From an uncultured Dehalococcoidia bacterium (lineage in GTDB: Bacteria; Chloroflexota; Dehalococcoidia; Lucifugimonadales; UBA3495), in contig CAYXDE010000009.1 of assembly GCA_964463525.1 (NCBI GenBank), positions 10,297-74,296 of the forward strand: a DNA stretch of 64,000 nt, read 5' to 3'. Below, in pieces: positions 18,358 through 27,683 of this stretch (positions are counted from its first letter, which is position 1; the number at the start of each line of letters is the position of its first letter). The position numbers and the translations under genes were made by a program. The notes under the pieces were generated by a model. The model ran no database searches, was not told the origin of the DNA, and worked only from the letters and a program-made list of their open reading frames with translations.

Positions 18358-19143
18358 ATGGCTGACCTGAAATACGAGAGATTCACAGATGGCAATTACG
18401 CCATATTCACCATGGACCGGCCCGACCGTCTCAACGCCCAGGGCGCGGTCATGCGCGAAGAACTGCGGGAGGCGCTGGACGAGTTCGCCGCAGACCCAGA
18501 GATGCGTGTGGGAATACTCACCGGGGCTGGCAGGGCGTTCTCCGCCGGGGCGGACCTGAAAGAGATGACCGACCTGTACGGAACCTTGGCGTCGCTAACC
18601 GAGGAACAGCGGATCGAAGGCTACCGGGGCAACCAGCCATTTGGCAGAAACCCCAAGCCCATCATCGGGGCAGTCAACGGCCTTGCCATCGGCGCCGGGA
18701 TGGAGCGGGCTGCCGACTGTGACATCAGGATCGCATCCACTGAGGCGTATTTTGGCCTGTTCGAAGTTAAACGGGGCATCATGGCCAACTATGCCATCAA
18801 CAACCTGGCACGGGTGCTGCCCTACGGCGAGGCGGTGTATCTGATGCTCTCCGGAGACACCTTGAGCGTTGAAGACGCCCACCGGCTGGGGTTCGTGCAC
18901 CAAGTCTTGGAGCCAGGCGAACTGATGCCCAGGGCGGTTGAGATCGCGGAGATGATCGGGGCCAACGCGCCATTGGCTGTCCAGGGGACCAAAGCGGTTG
19001 CTCAATTCTGGCGGCGGTACGGACTAGAAGAATCGCTCCAATTTACTGCATCGATCGGCCAGCGGGTACTTGGTTCCCAGGACGCCTCTGAGGGGCCAAA
19101 GGCGTTCGCCGAGAAGCGGCCTGCGGTCTGGCAGGGCAAATAA
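18358..19143 (+). CDS. enoyl-CoA hydratase/isomerase (crotonase) family protein
   Basis: 261 aa. FSAGADLKEM oxyanion-hole motif and GAVNGLAIGAGMERAADCDIRIA. Confidence 0.9.
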   Translation: MADLKYERFTDGNYAIFTMDRPDRLNAQGAVMREELREALDEFAADPEMRVGILTGAGRAFSAGADLKEMTDLYGTLASLTEEQRIEGYRGNQPFGRNPKPIIGAVNGLAIGAGMERAADCDIRIASTEAYFGLFEVKRGIMANYAINNLARVLPYGEAVYLMLSGDTLSVEDAHRLGFVHQVLEPGELMPRAVEIAEMIGANAPLAVQGTKAVAQFWRRYGLEESLQFTASIGQRVLGSQDASEGPKAFAEKRPAVWQGK

Positions 19144-19234
19144 TTCTCTTGGTTTAATATCATTGGATTTGATATCATCACGGGTGTACTACTAGCGAAA
19201 CTCCCAGCGGGAAAGCCCGTTTGAAGATATATCC

Positions 19235-20512
19235 ATGTTGAACCAAGTGCCATTGGTGCGCAAAGTCAGAGGCGCATATTACGGATGGCGGGTGCTGACG
19301 GCGACGTTCTTGCTGGGGACGTTGTCAGGCGGGATATTCTCCAACAGCAACGCCATCTTCTTCGGCCCCATCCAGCGCGATCTTGGTCTAAACAGCGCGC
19401 AGACTTCTTTGATATTCAGCCTGGTTAGGGCTGAAGGGAGCATCGCCGGCCCGGTCGTGGGCCGGTTGGTTGACCGGTTCGGCTCACGCCCCATGATAGT
19501 CTTCGGCGGACTGCTGGCCAGTTCGGGCTTCGTCGCCCTTCACTGGGTGCACAACTATGTGCTCTTCATAGTCATATTTGTGGGAGTTGTCGGCGTTGGC
19601 AAGAGCTCCGGGCTGGGGCAGGTGTTGATCAGCGCTGTCAACCGGTGGTTCATCCGCCGCCGTTCGCTGGCGATGTCCATCTGCATCACCGGGTTCTCCT
19701 CTGGCGGAGCGGCCATCCTGCCGCTGATCACCCTGGGCGTCAGCACCATCGGCTGGCGCGACGTGATGCTGTTCTCCGGCATATTCATGGGCCTGATCGT
19801 GATACCACTAGCGTCGCTGGTACGCCACTCGCCGGAGCGAATGGGCATCGGCGCCGACCTGCCCTTCCCCAAAGAAGGCGAAGAAGCCGACCAGCCGGCC
19901 CCGGTCGACTTCACGGTGCGGCAGGCGTTACGGACCAAATCCTACTGGATATTGTTCGCCGGGTCTGTGCTCAGGATCAGCCTCTGGGGCACCATCTCGG
20001 TCCATGCGGTGCAGATGTTTGTCTGGAAGGGCATGTCGGCTGAGATGGCGGGCATCATGTTCTCCTTGATGTTCCTGTTGTCCATCCCGCTGCGCCTGAT
20101 CGTGGGTTTCCTGGGGGACAAGTTCCCGTTGCAGCCGATGATGGGCGGAGGAATGGGAGCCGCAGCCCTGGCAGCGCTGGCGATGTTGGTCATAGACGGA
20201 AATCTCGCCGTCTATCTGTTTGTGGGTCTGATGGCGATCGAGCAGGGGACCAGTTCGTTGAATTGGGTATCTTTGGGTAACTTCTTCGGCCGGACCAGCT
20301 TCGCCACACTGATGGGAATGATCAGCGTGGCGTTCAACATCGGCATGTTGATCTCGCCGATCTACGCCGGCCTTATCTTTGACCGCACCGGCAGCTATAC
20401 CGTGGTGTTGGCGTCGTTCCTGCCCATCTATCTCACAGCCGGCGGCTTCTTCCTGTTGACCCGGAAACCCGCGGCTCCAGTCCCGGCGCGGGAAGGGGTA
20501 TACGGGCGCTGA
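19235..20512 (+). CDS. MFS transporter (oxalate/formate antiporter-like)
   Basis: 425 aa, 12 predicted TM segments, GRLVDRFGSRP motif A. Confidence 0.85.
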   Translation: MLNQVPLVRKVRGAYYGWRVLTATFLLGTLSGGIFSNSNAIFFGPIQRDLGLNSAQTSLIFSLVRAEGSIAGPVVGRLVDRFGSRPMIVFGGLLASSGFVALHWVHNYVLFIVIFVGVVGVGKSSGLGQVLISAVNRWFIRRRSLAMSICITGFSSGGAAILPLITLGVSTIGWRDVMLFSGIFMGLIVIPLASLVRHSPERMGIGADLPFPKEGEEADQPAPVDFTVRQALRTKSYWILFAGSVLRISLWGTISVHAVQMFVWKGMSAEMAGIMFSLMFLLSIPLRLIVGFLGDKFPLQPMMGGGMGAAALAALAMLVIDGNLAVYLFVGLMAIEQGTSSLNWVSLGNFFGRTSFATLMGMISVAFNIGMLISPIYAGLIFDRTGSYTVVLASFLPIYLTAGGFFLLTRKPAAPVPAREGVYGR

Positions 20513-20558
20513 TCGCGTCGATGCCGCCTCCTATGCGGTTTACCAGAGCAAAGCTGAC

Positions 20559-21374
20559 CTAACCTAGGCTCCTCAGCAGGCTCCCGAAGCCCTGGATCGG
20601 TTCGGTCCAGCCGATACGGCGTAGGGCCAGCCAGATGGTGGCCTGGTTCACGGAGATCACGGTCTTCCCCAACTGCTGTTCCAGGGGTTCGACGGCGTCC
20701 AACCCCCGCCAGGCTGTGCCGGGCAGGAAGATGGTGTCGGCATCGTCCTTGGCGACCGTGGGCACGAAATCTATAATGGTCTGGACCGATTCTTCCTCTA
20801 TCTCCAGCGGGTTCATGGAATCTTGCATCCAGGGCTCACCGTCGGCGCTGAGGACCTCGAAACCGGCCTCTTCCAGCAACGGCTTGAGGCGGTTGCGCAG
20901 ATGAAAATGCCGGTAGGGCCCGGCGATGCTGAGCCGCTTGGAACCCATGAAATTGAACGCCTCTATGCAGGCCCCAACAGCGGTGATGGACTCCACGCCG
21001 CTAGCCAGTTGCATCTCCTCCGACATCTCCCGGTCGAACTGGATATAACCCTTGTGGTAGGTGCCTGAGGTGCAGGCGTATACCAGGATGTCCGGTTTGA
21101 TGTTGGACAGGGAGCGGGCGCCCCGGCTCACGTCCTCGTTCATCTTGTCGGCATCGAACCCGAAAAGGGCGGTGTCCACGGTGGCCGCCTCTTCGCTGGA
21201 GATGCTGATCTGGTGGCCGGTATTCTCGGAGGACTTGGGCTGCGAGCCCCAGTCTCCGTTGAACATCCGCTCGAAATGAACGGTGATCTCCGGCGGCAAT
21301 ACCCGGTAGAAGTCGGGTTCCACCACGGGGTTGGTTGCGGGAACCAACGCCCCTATTCGCTTGGTTTCAGGCAT
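20559..21374 (-). CDS. Asp/Glu/hydantoin racemase superfamily protein (maleate isomerase / arylmalonate decarboxylase-like)
   Basis: 271 aa. IGALVPATNPVVEPDF, YACTSGTY and ISVNQATIWLALR match this family's two pseudo-symmetric halves. Confidence 0.75.
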   Translation of the reverse strand: MPETKRIGALVPATNPVVEPDFYRVLPPEITVHFERMFNGDWGSQPKSSENTGHQISISSEEAATVDTALFGFDADKMNEDVSRGARSLSNIKPDILVYACTSGTYHKGYIQFDREMSEEMQLASGVESITAVGACIEAFNFMGSKRLSIAGPYRHFHLRNRLKPLLEEAGFEVLSADGEPWMQDSMNPLEIEEESVQTIIDFVPTVAKDDADTIFLPGTAWRGLDAVEPLEQQLGKTVISVNQATIWLALRRIGWTEPIQGFGSLLRSLG

Positions 21375-21408
21375 GTTTAGATATTCCCTTCTTTGGTCTG
21401 GCAGCGGT

Positions 21409-21864
21409 CTAGTCGGCAGCGCCGGCAGTCTTGGCCGGGGGCGCTTCGGTCAACTCATAGAGGGTGCTGCGGGCCCGGATCTGCTCATCCCAACCCCGGA
21501 ACCGCAGGTCGATCATGAGCCCGTCGGGGCCCTTGTACTTGCGGTTGGCCTTGCTGCTGCCGGGACACTCGGTCCCGCCGTGGTCCTCCACGGTGGAGAC
21601 GGCGTCATCAAGGTCATCGACGTAGAAGCCGATGTGATGAACGCCTTTCACGGTGGAAGAGCCCTCACCCAGGTTGGGAGCGTCCTCAGAACCCATCTTC
21701 AAGATGGCGAAGTAGATGTAGCCGTCGGTGAGCCACACGCCTTCCTCGCCGGTCTCAGCGGGCGTGCGGCGCAGTTCTTCCAGGCCGAACACACTCTTAT
21801 ACCACTCGGCAGTCTCAGCGGGGTTCTCTGTTTGCAGGGCGATGTGCTTGATTCGGTTGGCCAT
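21409..21864 (-). CDS. VOC (glyoxalase/bleomycin-resistance/dioxygenase) family protein
   Basis: 151 aa. IKHIALQTENPAETAEWY and GVHHIGFYVDDLDDA are paired beta-alpha-beta-beta-beta modules. Confidence 0.8.
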   Translation of the reverse strand: MANRIKHIALQTENPAETAEWYKSVFGLEELRRTPAETGEEGVWLTDGYIYFAILKMGSEDAPNLGEGSSTVKGVHHIGFYVDDLDDAVSTVEDHGGTECPGSSKANRKYKGPDGLMIDLRFRGWDEQIRARSTLYELTEAPPAKTAGAAD

Positions 21865-21971
21865 GGCTCCTCCGTCTTCAGCTATCTGATAAAAAGCCGG
21901 GCGTCAGTTTGATAGTTTGACGCCCGGCAATTGTACATGCCGAGGGGAACTTGGGCCATCGGATGTGCGGT

Positions 21972-22793
21972 TCAGTTCTCTTGTGGGGGGCTCAGGAGGG
22001 TCTTGATCACGCCGAGGGAGTAGCCGACGCCCAAACTTACGCCGCCTCCCATGATCAGTCCCCAGACAGCGCTGGCCAACGATAGAGGAGTGATTCCAGC
22101 TTGTTGCATCACCACGGCCAACCCGAGTCCGGTTATCGCGCCGACCAGCGTGCTGAAGATGGAGCGCTTCCAAGCGGGAACGGGAATCCAGCGGCGCAAT
22201 CCCCGAGGGCGGCGGCGGGCGATCTTGACGTTGGCCTCCAGCTTGGCGCTGAGTCCGTTGGCTGCCACTGGAGCGCTGGCCAATGCGCCAGCGCCGGCGA
22301 CCGCCGACACGCCGGTGGCGGCAAGCGCCGTGGTACCGCTGAATCCGGTGATGTTCAACTTGAAGGGGATCGTGCAGAGTTCGATCGGGCCGCTTAACAG
22401 TGTGCCTTCCACCACATAGATGCCCCTGGCGTGAGAGGTGAAATCCGAGACGTCGATGGATGCCACTCCAGAGGCGAACCCAACGTCCTTGCCCGCCAAC
22501 TCCGAGCCCAGCCCTTGGACCCCCCAGCGCATGGAAGGGTCAGCCGGCATATCCACGCCCCTGATGGTAAGCGTGGCGTCGGGCTCTATCTCAAGGGTCG
22601 AATCGGCCTGGGCAGGGAGGGTGAACGGCGATGGCTGACCACCTTCTATGATTATCTGGGGGCCGCCGCAATCGAGGTTGTGTGGGCCATCGTGGGCATA
22701 CGCCGGAGGCGCCATCAGCCAAAGCACGGCGATCAGAAGTAAGGCGGTTACCACGAATTGAGTAGTGGCTTGGGCGTTCATTTGCGCTTTCAA
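21972..22793 (-). CDS. hypothetical exported/membrane protein
   Basis: 273 aa. Signal peptide ending PPAYA, an extracytoplasmic domain of about 150 aa, an Ala/Gly-rich linker, and C-terminal TM segments after an RRRPRGLRR patch. Confidence 0.5.
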   Translation of the reverse strand: MKAQMNAQATTQFVVTALLLIAVLWLMAPPAYAHDGPHNLDCGGPQIIIEGGQPSPFTLPAQADSTLEIEPDATLTIRGVDMPADPSMRWGVQGLGSELAGKDVGFASGVASIDVSDFTSHARGIYVVEGTLLSGPIELCTIPFKLNITGFSGTTALAATGVSAVAGAGALASAPVAANGLSAKLEANVKIARRRPRGLRRWIPVPAWKRSIFSTLVGAITGLGLAVVMQQAGITPLSLASAVWGLIMGGGVSLGVGYSLGVIKTLLSPPQEN

Positions 22794-22959
22794 TGCCGGT
22801 CTGAATTCGAGTCGATCGCCAATTATTCTAAATTACAGTGGGCCTGGCCGATAGAGTAAAACGCAAGCTCTTCTTGCTGAATCACGGCAGGCAACCTGTC
22901 TTCGAGAAGAGTCCCGTTCACCAGGCGGCAGGGACGGAGAATAAGCGGGTGATCGGCGT

Positions 22960-23202
22960 CTAGGCTTCTTCTAGCCACTCTTCGTGTATCAGGACCGCGG
23001 GGAGGTTATCGATCCTGATGTAGTAGGCGGGGGTCATGCTTTCGCCCGAGGCGGAGACCGCGCTATTGATCAGTCCGGCAATCTCCACGGTGCCCGTCTT
23101 GCCCATGATCAGGGTGCCCGGTGGCTGGCTGCCAAGATTTTCGTGTCTACCTGGAGTTCTAACTTTTACCAGGTCCAAGGGATGAAACTTAGGTCGTTTC
23201 AA
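22960..23202 (-). CDS. hypothetical small protein
   Basis: 80-aa ORF with a TTG start. No family recognised. Codon usage is only moderately gene-like. Confidence 0.3.
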   Translation of the reverse strand: MKRPKFHPLDLVKVRTPGRHENLGSQPPGTLIMGKTGTVEIAGLINSAVSASGESMTPAYYIRIDNLPAVLIHEEWLEEA

Positions 23203-23282
23203 CGTCCGAAACCGCCGTAATAAAAAGAATGAAATGCTCTATATATCTGGATATCATTCCGCGCCTGTTAATTCAATGGTAA

Positions 23283-23315
23283 CCGTAGATTCTCCGTAGA
23301 CTCTCCGTAGATTCT
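23283..23315. repeat. 3 x 11-bp tandem direct repeat
   Basis: CCGTAGATTCT CCGTAGACTCT CCGTAGATTCT, in the AT-rich divergent intergenic region. Confidence 0.85.
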
Positions 23316-23479
23316 ATAGAGGTAAGTACTGATAGCTTCATGGAGAAAAGTGACACATATCACAGTGATCAAGAGCGGGACATCACAGACCGTACACCCC
23401 TATCGGCCCGATAATTCACTCAATGTCGCAAGGGTAGGACTCGAACCGCCGGGCGGCATAATAATCAGCAAAAGCATCT

Positions 23480-23887
23480 GTGGACATGAAAAATAAACTG
23501 CCTGTCTTCGCAATATTCTTAGCTCTGGCGATCGGAATTCTGGCCTTCTCGCCCATCAGCCCAGGCTCCAGCGCCGCCGACCTAGGTGTGGTGGTGCAGC
23601 TTGGACCAGACATGTATGTGGCTGAGGTGGAAGACCAAGTTTGTGCTTCTGAGTCTCCGGTCCACACAACATCCTCCCAGACCGCCGCCACCGCCGATGC
23701 TGAAGACGGCGGTTCTTTGCCCAGTATCTACCTGATGATGTTGGAAGACGGTGTCTGCGCCTCGCTCTCCCCCATAGCCACTACAACGCTGGCGGAGACC
23801 CCGGTGGATGCCGGACAATGGGAGTCGATAGACCGGAAAACTGCTGCCAAGGGCGCGGAGGCCGGTGTTTGGTACGTCCAGAACTGA
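23480..23887 (+). CDS. hypothetical secreted protein with internal duplication
   Basis: Signal peptide (LPVFAIFLALAIGILAFSPISPGSSA). Two related segments: YVAEVEDQVCASESPVHTT and YLMMLEDGVCASLSPIATT. Confidence 0.55.
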   Translation: MDMKNKLPVFAIFLALAIGILAFSPISPGSSAADLGVVVQLGPDMYVAEVEDQVCASESPVHTTSSQTAATADAEDGGSLPSIYLMMLEDGVCASLSPIATTTLAETPVDAGQWESIDRKTAAKGAEAGVWYVQN

Positions 23888-23946
23888 GTCTGGACCAGGA
23901 GCGAAAGACGACGGAGAGTCTGGTGTTGAACCTTCAGGCCAAGACC

Positions 23947-24333
23947 ATGAGAGGGCCCGCAAGAGACCAAGATGGATTTACCTTGATAGAGCTATTGGTG
24001 GTGGTGGGCATCATAGTCGCCCTGGCTGCGGTGGCCATCCCAGCGCTATCCCAGTTTTCGGACAGAGGTGATCAAGGCGCCGCCGCGGCGGAGTGGGACG
24101 CGATACAGAGAGCCATCGGTACAATGATGTCAGAAGAAGAACTGACCACCGTTACGGCGGGAGCAAGCAACGCTTTTATCACCGATACCCTGGATTTCGA
24201 TGCTGGTAGCGGCGCGGCAGATCTGGCCGGTTACATGCGTGACGTAACCACCTCTTACTGTTACACATGGGATGCGACGGGTCAGTTACTAACGCAGGTG
24301 GAGCCCACTGGGAATCCTTCCGTTTGTCCGTAG
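23947..24333 (+). CDS. prepilin-type N-terminal cleavage/methylation domain protein (type IV pilin/pseudopilin-like)
   Basis: ATG 23947 gives MRGPARDQDG/FTLIELLVVVGIIVALAAVAIPAL, the canonical G|FTLIE prepilin motif. C-terminal Cys pair. Confidence 0.75.
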   Translation: MRGPARDQDGFTLIELLVVVGIIVALAAVAIPALSQFSDRGDQGAAAAEWDAIQRAIGTMMSEEELTTVTAGASNAFITDTLDFDAGSGAADLAGYMRDVTTSYCYTWDATGQLLTQVEPTGNPSVCP

Positions 24334-24373
24334 GAGAGCTTGGTCGGACTGACCGATAAGCAGGGTGAAATGA

Positions 24374-24418
24374 AAAACCGCCGCACAACTGGGAGAAGGT
24401 AGTTGCTGCGGCGGTTTT
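24374..24418 (+). terminator. rho-independent terminator after the pilin gene
   Basis: AAAACCGCCGCA...TGCGGCGGTTTT, a 12-bp stem extended by CAACT/AGTTG, ending in a T-run. Confidence 0.7.
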
Positions 24419-24613
24419 CAGTGCTTACCTGTTGAGAGTTCCTTTCGTCTCTGGAGGAGCAAAGACTAGGAACTCCAACACCTAGAGTATCGCCGGTCAG
24501 CGCGCTAGGTTGAAGGCCTAGTTGGGCCAGATCAGTGACCCATTTGGGTCATGTTCCGGAACATGAGCAGACGCCGGGTCCTGGGCGTTCTATCAGTTCT
24601 GGAATCGGAGAAG

Positions 24614-24689
24614 TGGTGGCACCGACTGGGTTCGAACCAGTGACCTAGCGCTTATGAAGCGCCCGCTCTAACCACTGAGCTACGGTGCC
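24614..24689 (-). tRNA. tRNA-Met (anticodon CAT), elongator-type, CCA encoded
   Basis: The minus strand reads GGCACCG-TA-GCTC-AGTGGTTA-GAGC-G-GGCGC-TTCATAA-GCGCT-AGGTC-ACTGG-TTCGAAC-CCAGT-CGGTGCC-A-CCA, a full 76-nt cloverleaf. G1:C72 argues against an initiator. tRNA-Ile2 (lysidine) cannot be excluded. Confidence 0.9.
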
Positions 24690-25012
24690 ACCTGGAGACC
24701 ACCCGGCCAGCCGCCAGGGTGCGCCTCGATAAAAAGCCGAGGTGATCTCCGATAGGTCGGAGTGCCTCGACCACTCAATGTTAATAGCGGCTGTTTCACA
24801 GTGTCAATTGGCGTGGAGGCATCTGCCGGGTTAGTATGGTCGGGCAATGAATCCCTCTGAAGACCATCCACCAGAGCGTCAGTCAGAATCTTCGGGGGAA
24901 GCTTCGGCTTCCCATATAACGCCGGAAGAGCACTCCAGGCAGACCGCTGAAAGGCTCCGGGAGCGTGGTTGAGTTGGCATCCCGACTCCGGCCATTCCCC
25001 TCGTTCTTTGGG

Positions 25013-25285
25013 ATGAACACGCTTCGGGCCATAGAACTAGATCTGCCACCAGGCTCGGGTTTCCAACCTCCTCCTGAATTGGGCTGTGTCGTTGTGCTGG
25101 AGGACGGTGAGATATCGGAACTGGACCTGAAGTTGATCTCGGGGCCGGACAATTCTGCGGACTTCGATCAGATCGAAGAGTTCACCGAACTAGACCTGCC
25201 AGCAGAACAGTTCATCGCCTACGCCACGGTAGCTGTGCAGTTGCTGCAGGCCGAGATCGAGCGCCGGGGCGGCGCCGCAGAGTGA
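25013..25285 (+). CDS. hypothetical acidic small protein
   Basis: In-frame ATG at 25013 (MNTLRAIELD...) within the track ORF 24965..25285. No family recognised. Confidence 0.3.
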   Translation: MNTLRAIELDLPPGSGFQPPPELGCVVVLEDGEISELDLKLISGPDNSADFDQIEEFTELDLPAEQFIAYATVAVQLLQAEIERRGGAAE

Positions 25286-25408
25286 TTCCAAGTATCGGTG
25301 AGTGTTTTCGGCGCTGTTCCTTGCGTTGGCCTGGCTCGCAAGGGCGCTTGGGATGCCCGCCTGGCGGTCCACCATCGAAATGACTAGATTCCAAAAAGAG
25401 AGAGCGTA

Positions 25409-26578
25409 ATGGCAGTTACCCAGCACAGCATTGAATACTACTTTGACACCGCTCATGAACTGGCCGCGAAAGTGGCCGTTATGGCGGACCAGATGGATGA
25501 GGAGCGGCAGGTTCCCGCCGAACTGGCCGCTGAGATTGCCGATAAGGGATTCTTCCGGCTGCTGCTGCCCAAGTCATTGGGCGGCGCTCAGCTGGACCAC
25601 CCAGATTTCCTGAGGATCGTGGAGATCTTCGCGGCCGTGGACGGCAGCATGGGCTGGTGCATCAACCAGAACAATGTCCATGCCACCAACGGGCTGAGGA
25701 TGACTCCGGAGACCGCCCATGAGATATACGGGGATTACAGGGCGGTGGTGACCAACGGGCCGCCTACCTCATCGGTGAAGGCTGTCCCCTGTGACGGCGG
25801 CTACCGGCTCAGCGGACGCTGGGATTTCAGCAGCGGCTTCACCCACGCCACCTGGATCGCGGCCCTAGCCCCCATCGTGCCGGAAGGGCAGGAGCGCGGG
25901 GCGGTCTTCAACCGGGAGGGCGCCATCATATTGCTGATGCCCAAGAAAGACGTGACGTTCGTGGATTTCTGGCCTGTCCACGGCCTTAGGGGCACCGCCA
26001 GTTTCAGCTTTGAAGTTGACGAAATGTTCGTGCCCGAGTCCAGGACCTACGACCCGGCCAGCGCGCCCCGTGAAGACGGTCCCGTGTACGGCATTCCCAC
26101 CACATTGCTGTTCGCGTCGGGGTTCTCAACCACGGCCCTAGGCATCGCCAAAGCAAGTCTGAAAACCGCCATGGACCTGGCGGTGATCAAGATACCGGGG
26201 CGGGCCACAAGGCTGCTACAGGACGAGACCACCACTCAAAGGATCATAGGCGAAGCCGAGGCCGTCTGGCATTCGGCGAAGGCCTTTCTACGGGAGGCCC
26301 ATGCGTCGGTCTGGGAGAGCGTGGAGTCCAAAAAGCCGTTGACGACGGAGCAGCGGGTCAAGTTGAGGCTGGCCTGCACGTTCGGAATCAGGAAGGCCAA
26401 CGACGTGGTCAGGGCGGCTTATGAGCTGTGCGGCTCCAACGCCATATTGGAGACCAACCCCATCCAACGCCAGTTCCAGGACATAAGCGTGGCTTCGCAG
26501 CACATACAGGGAAGGGCCACCCACTTCGAGACCGCCGGCCAGTTCTTCATGGGCATGGAACCCGAAGGGAATTTCTAG
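25409..26578 (+). CDS. acyl-CoA dehydrogenase-fold flavoenzyme (ACAD/group-D flavin monooxygenase-like)
   Basis: 389 aa with ACAD-like N, middle and C domain organisation. Same length and architecture as the ORF at 49029..50198. Confidence 0.75.
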   Translation: MAVTQHSIEYYFDTAHELAAKVAVMADQMDEERQVPAELAAEIADKGFFRLLLPKSLGGAQLDHPDFLRIVEIFAAVDGSMGWCINQNNVHATNGLRMTPETAHEIYGDYRAVVTNGPPTSSVKAVPCDGGYRLSGRWDFSSGFTHATWIAALAPIVPEGQERGAVFNREGAIILLMPKKDVTFVDFWPVHGLRGTASFSFEVDEMFVPESRTYDPASAPREDGPVYGIPTTLLFASGFSTTALGIAKASLKTAMDLAVIKIPGRATRLLQDETTTQRIIGEAEAVWHSAKAFLREAHASVWESVESKKPLTTEQRVKLRLACTFGIRKANDVVRAAYELCGSNAILETNPIQRQFQDISVASQHIQGRATHFETAGQFFMGMEPEGNF

Positions 26579-26648
26579 GGCGGTACAGCGCTAGAAAGGA
26601 AAAACAGTGGTGAGTGAAAACACGGCCCCATGAAAACGCGGCGAGCCG

Positions 26649-27146
26649 CTATTCTAGGATGATCTCGCCGCTGCGGCCGCCTCTTTTTTCGACCAAGCGG
26701 ACGGCCTCTATGCGCATGCCACGGTCAACCGACTTGCACATGTCGTAGAGAGTCAGTGCGGCCACGGTCACAGCCGTTAGGGCTTCCATCTCGACCCCGG
26801 TGCGGGCGGTGGTGCGGGCGGTGGCCGTGACGCCGATGCGGCATTCCGCCTCGTCCAGCTCCAGTTCCACGTCCACTTTGTCCAATGGGAGGGGATGACA
26901 GAGCGGGATGAGCTCTGAAGTCTTCTTGGCGCCCATGATGCCGGCCAATTGGGCGATGGTTAGCACGTCGCCCTTCTTCATAAGCCCTTCTTTTATGAGA
27001 CGCAGAGTCTCCGGCTGGATGGACACGTGCCCCCGGGCTATCGCCTCGCGGCTGGTGACATCCTTTTCGCCCACATCGACCATCTTGGCATTGCCCTGGT
27101 CGTCCAGGTGAGTCAGGTGGAGGTTGGGGTCGTTGTTGGTTGACAT
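26649..27146 (-). CDS. moaC: cyclic pyranopterin monophosphate synthase MoaC
   Basis: 165 aa. Motifs [19 protein letters not shown] and [10 protein letters not shown] are canonical MoaC. Confidence 0.95.
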   Translation of the reverse strand: MSTNNDPNLHLTHLDDQGNAKMVDVGEKDVTSREAIARGHVSIQPETLRLIKEGLMKKGDVLTIAQLAGIMGAKKTSELIPLCHPLPLDKVDVELELDEAECRIGVTATARTTARTGVEMEALTAVTVAALTLYDMCKSVDRGMRIEAVRLVEKRGGRSGEIILE

Positions 27147-27164
27147 AAGAAAGTGTTGCTCCTA

Positions 27165-27230
27165 GGCCCTTCGACAAGCTCAGGACGAGCGAATCGTTTA
27201 TTAGCCGTTCGTGGTGAGCTCCGTCGAACC
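27165..27230. repeat. intergenic inverted-repeat element (same family as 18229-18298)
   Basis: GGCCCTTCGACAAGCTCAGGACGAGCGAA ... GCCGTTCGTGGTGAGCTCCGTCGAACC, two mutually inverted units between rnhA and moaC. Confidence 0.65.
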
Positions 27231-27269
27231 ATGAAGGCGCGGTTTGTCCACCGCGCTCATAGTTGGCGG

Positions 27270-27671
27270 TTACCTGGCCGTGCCCGCCTCTTTGGTGGCC
27301 AACTTGTCGGCCAGTTCATTGCCACGGTCGCCGTTGTGGCCCCGCACCCAGCGCCAGGAGACATCGCGGCTCCTGACCAGGGAGTCTAGTTGGTCCCACA
27401 GGTCATGGTTGGCCTTCCGTTTCCAGCCTTTGGTCATGGTGTTGACCACGTAGGTGCTGTCGGAACTGATCAGGACCTTGGCCGACGGGTCGACGGCTTC
27501 CAGGCCCTTGATGACCGCCGTCATCTCCATGCGGTTGTTGGTGGTCTGGGGCTCTCCGCCGGAGAGCTGCAATTGGCCGCCGTTCTGTTCGATGACCGCG
27601 CCCCAGCCGCCCCTTCCGGGGTTGCCCTTGCAGGCGCCGTCGGTGTGTATGACTATGTGGTTGTTCTGCAT
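27270..27671 (-). CDS. rnhA: ribonuclease HI
   Basis: 133 aa. IHTDGACKGNPGRGGWGAV, TNNRMEM, SDSTYV and GHNGDRGNELADKLA carry the DEDD catalytic residues. Confidence 0.95.
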   Translation of the reverse strand: MQNNHIVIHTDGACKGNPGRGGWGAVIEQNGGQLQLSGGEPQTTNNRMEMTAVIKGLEAVDPSAKVLISSDSTYVVNTMTKGWKRKANHDLWDQLDSLVRSRDVSWRWVRGHNGDRGNELADKLATKEAGTAR

Positions 27672-27683
27672 ATCGGCTGTCAG

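Noticed and set aside
23426-23453. A tRNA-like fragment reads ...CGGCGGTTCGAGTCCTACCCTTGCGA on the minus strand. It contains a T-loop-like GGTTCGAGTCC 11-mer and lies about 1.2 kb from tRNA-Met. It could be an att-site remnant of an integrated element.
   Set aside because: The flanking bases do not form a T-stem or acceptor stem, and no 5' half is present. It does not match the 3' end of the nearby tRNA-Met. No integrase or other island hallmark lies between the two. It is probably a decayed fragment or coincidence.
24847-25075. A 41-codon ORF (MNPSEDHPPERQSESSGEASASHITPEEHSRQTAERLRERG) ends in TGA at 24970-24972 and continues open. I considered it as a second Sec-recoding candidate.
   Set aside because: There is no recognisable selenoprotein family, no redox motif around the TGA and no SECIS-like hairpin downstream. 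The downstream frame is low-complexity, and it is out of frame with the 24965..25285 ORF.
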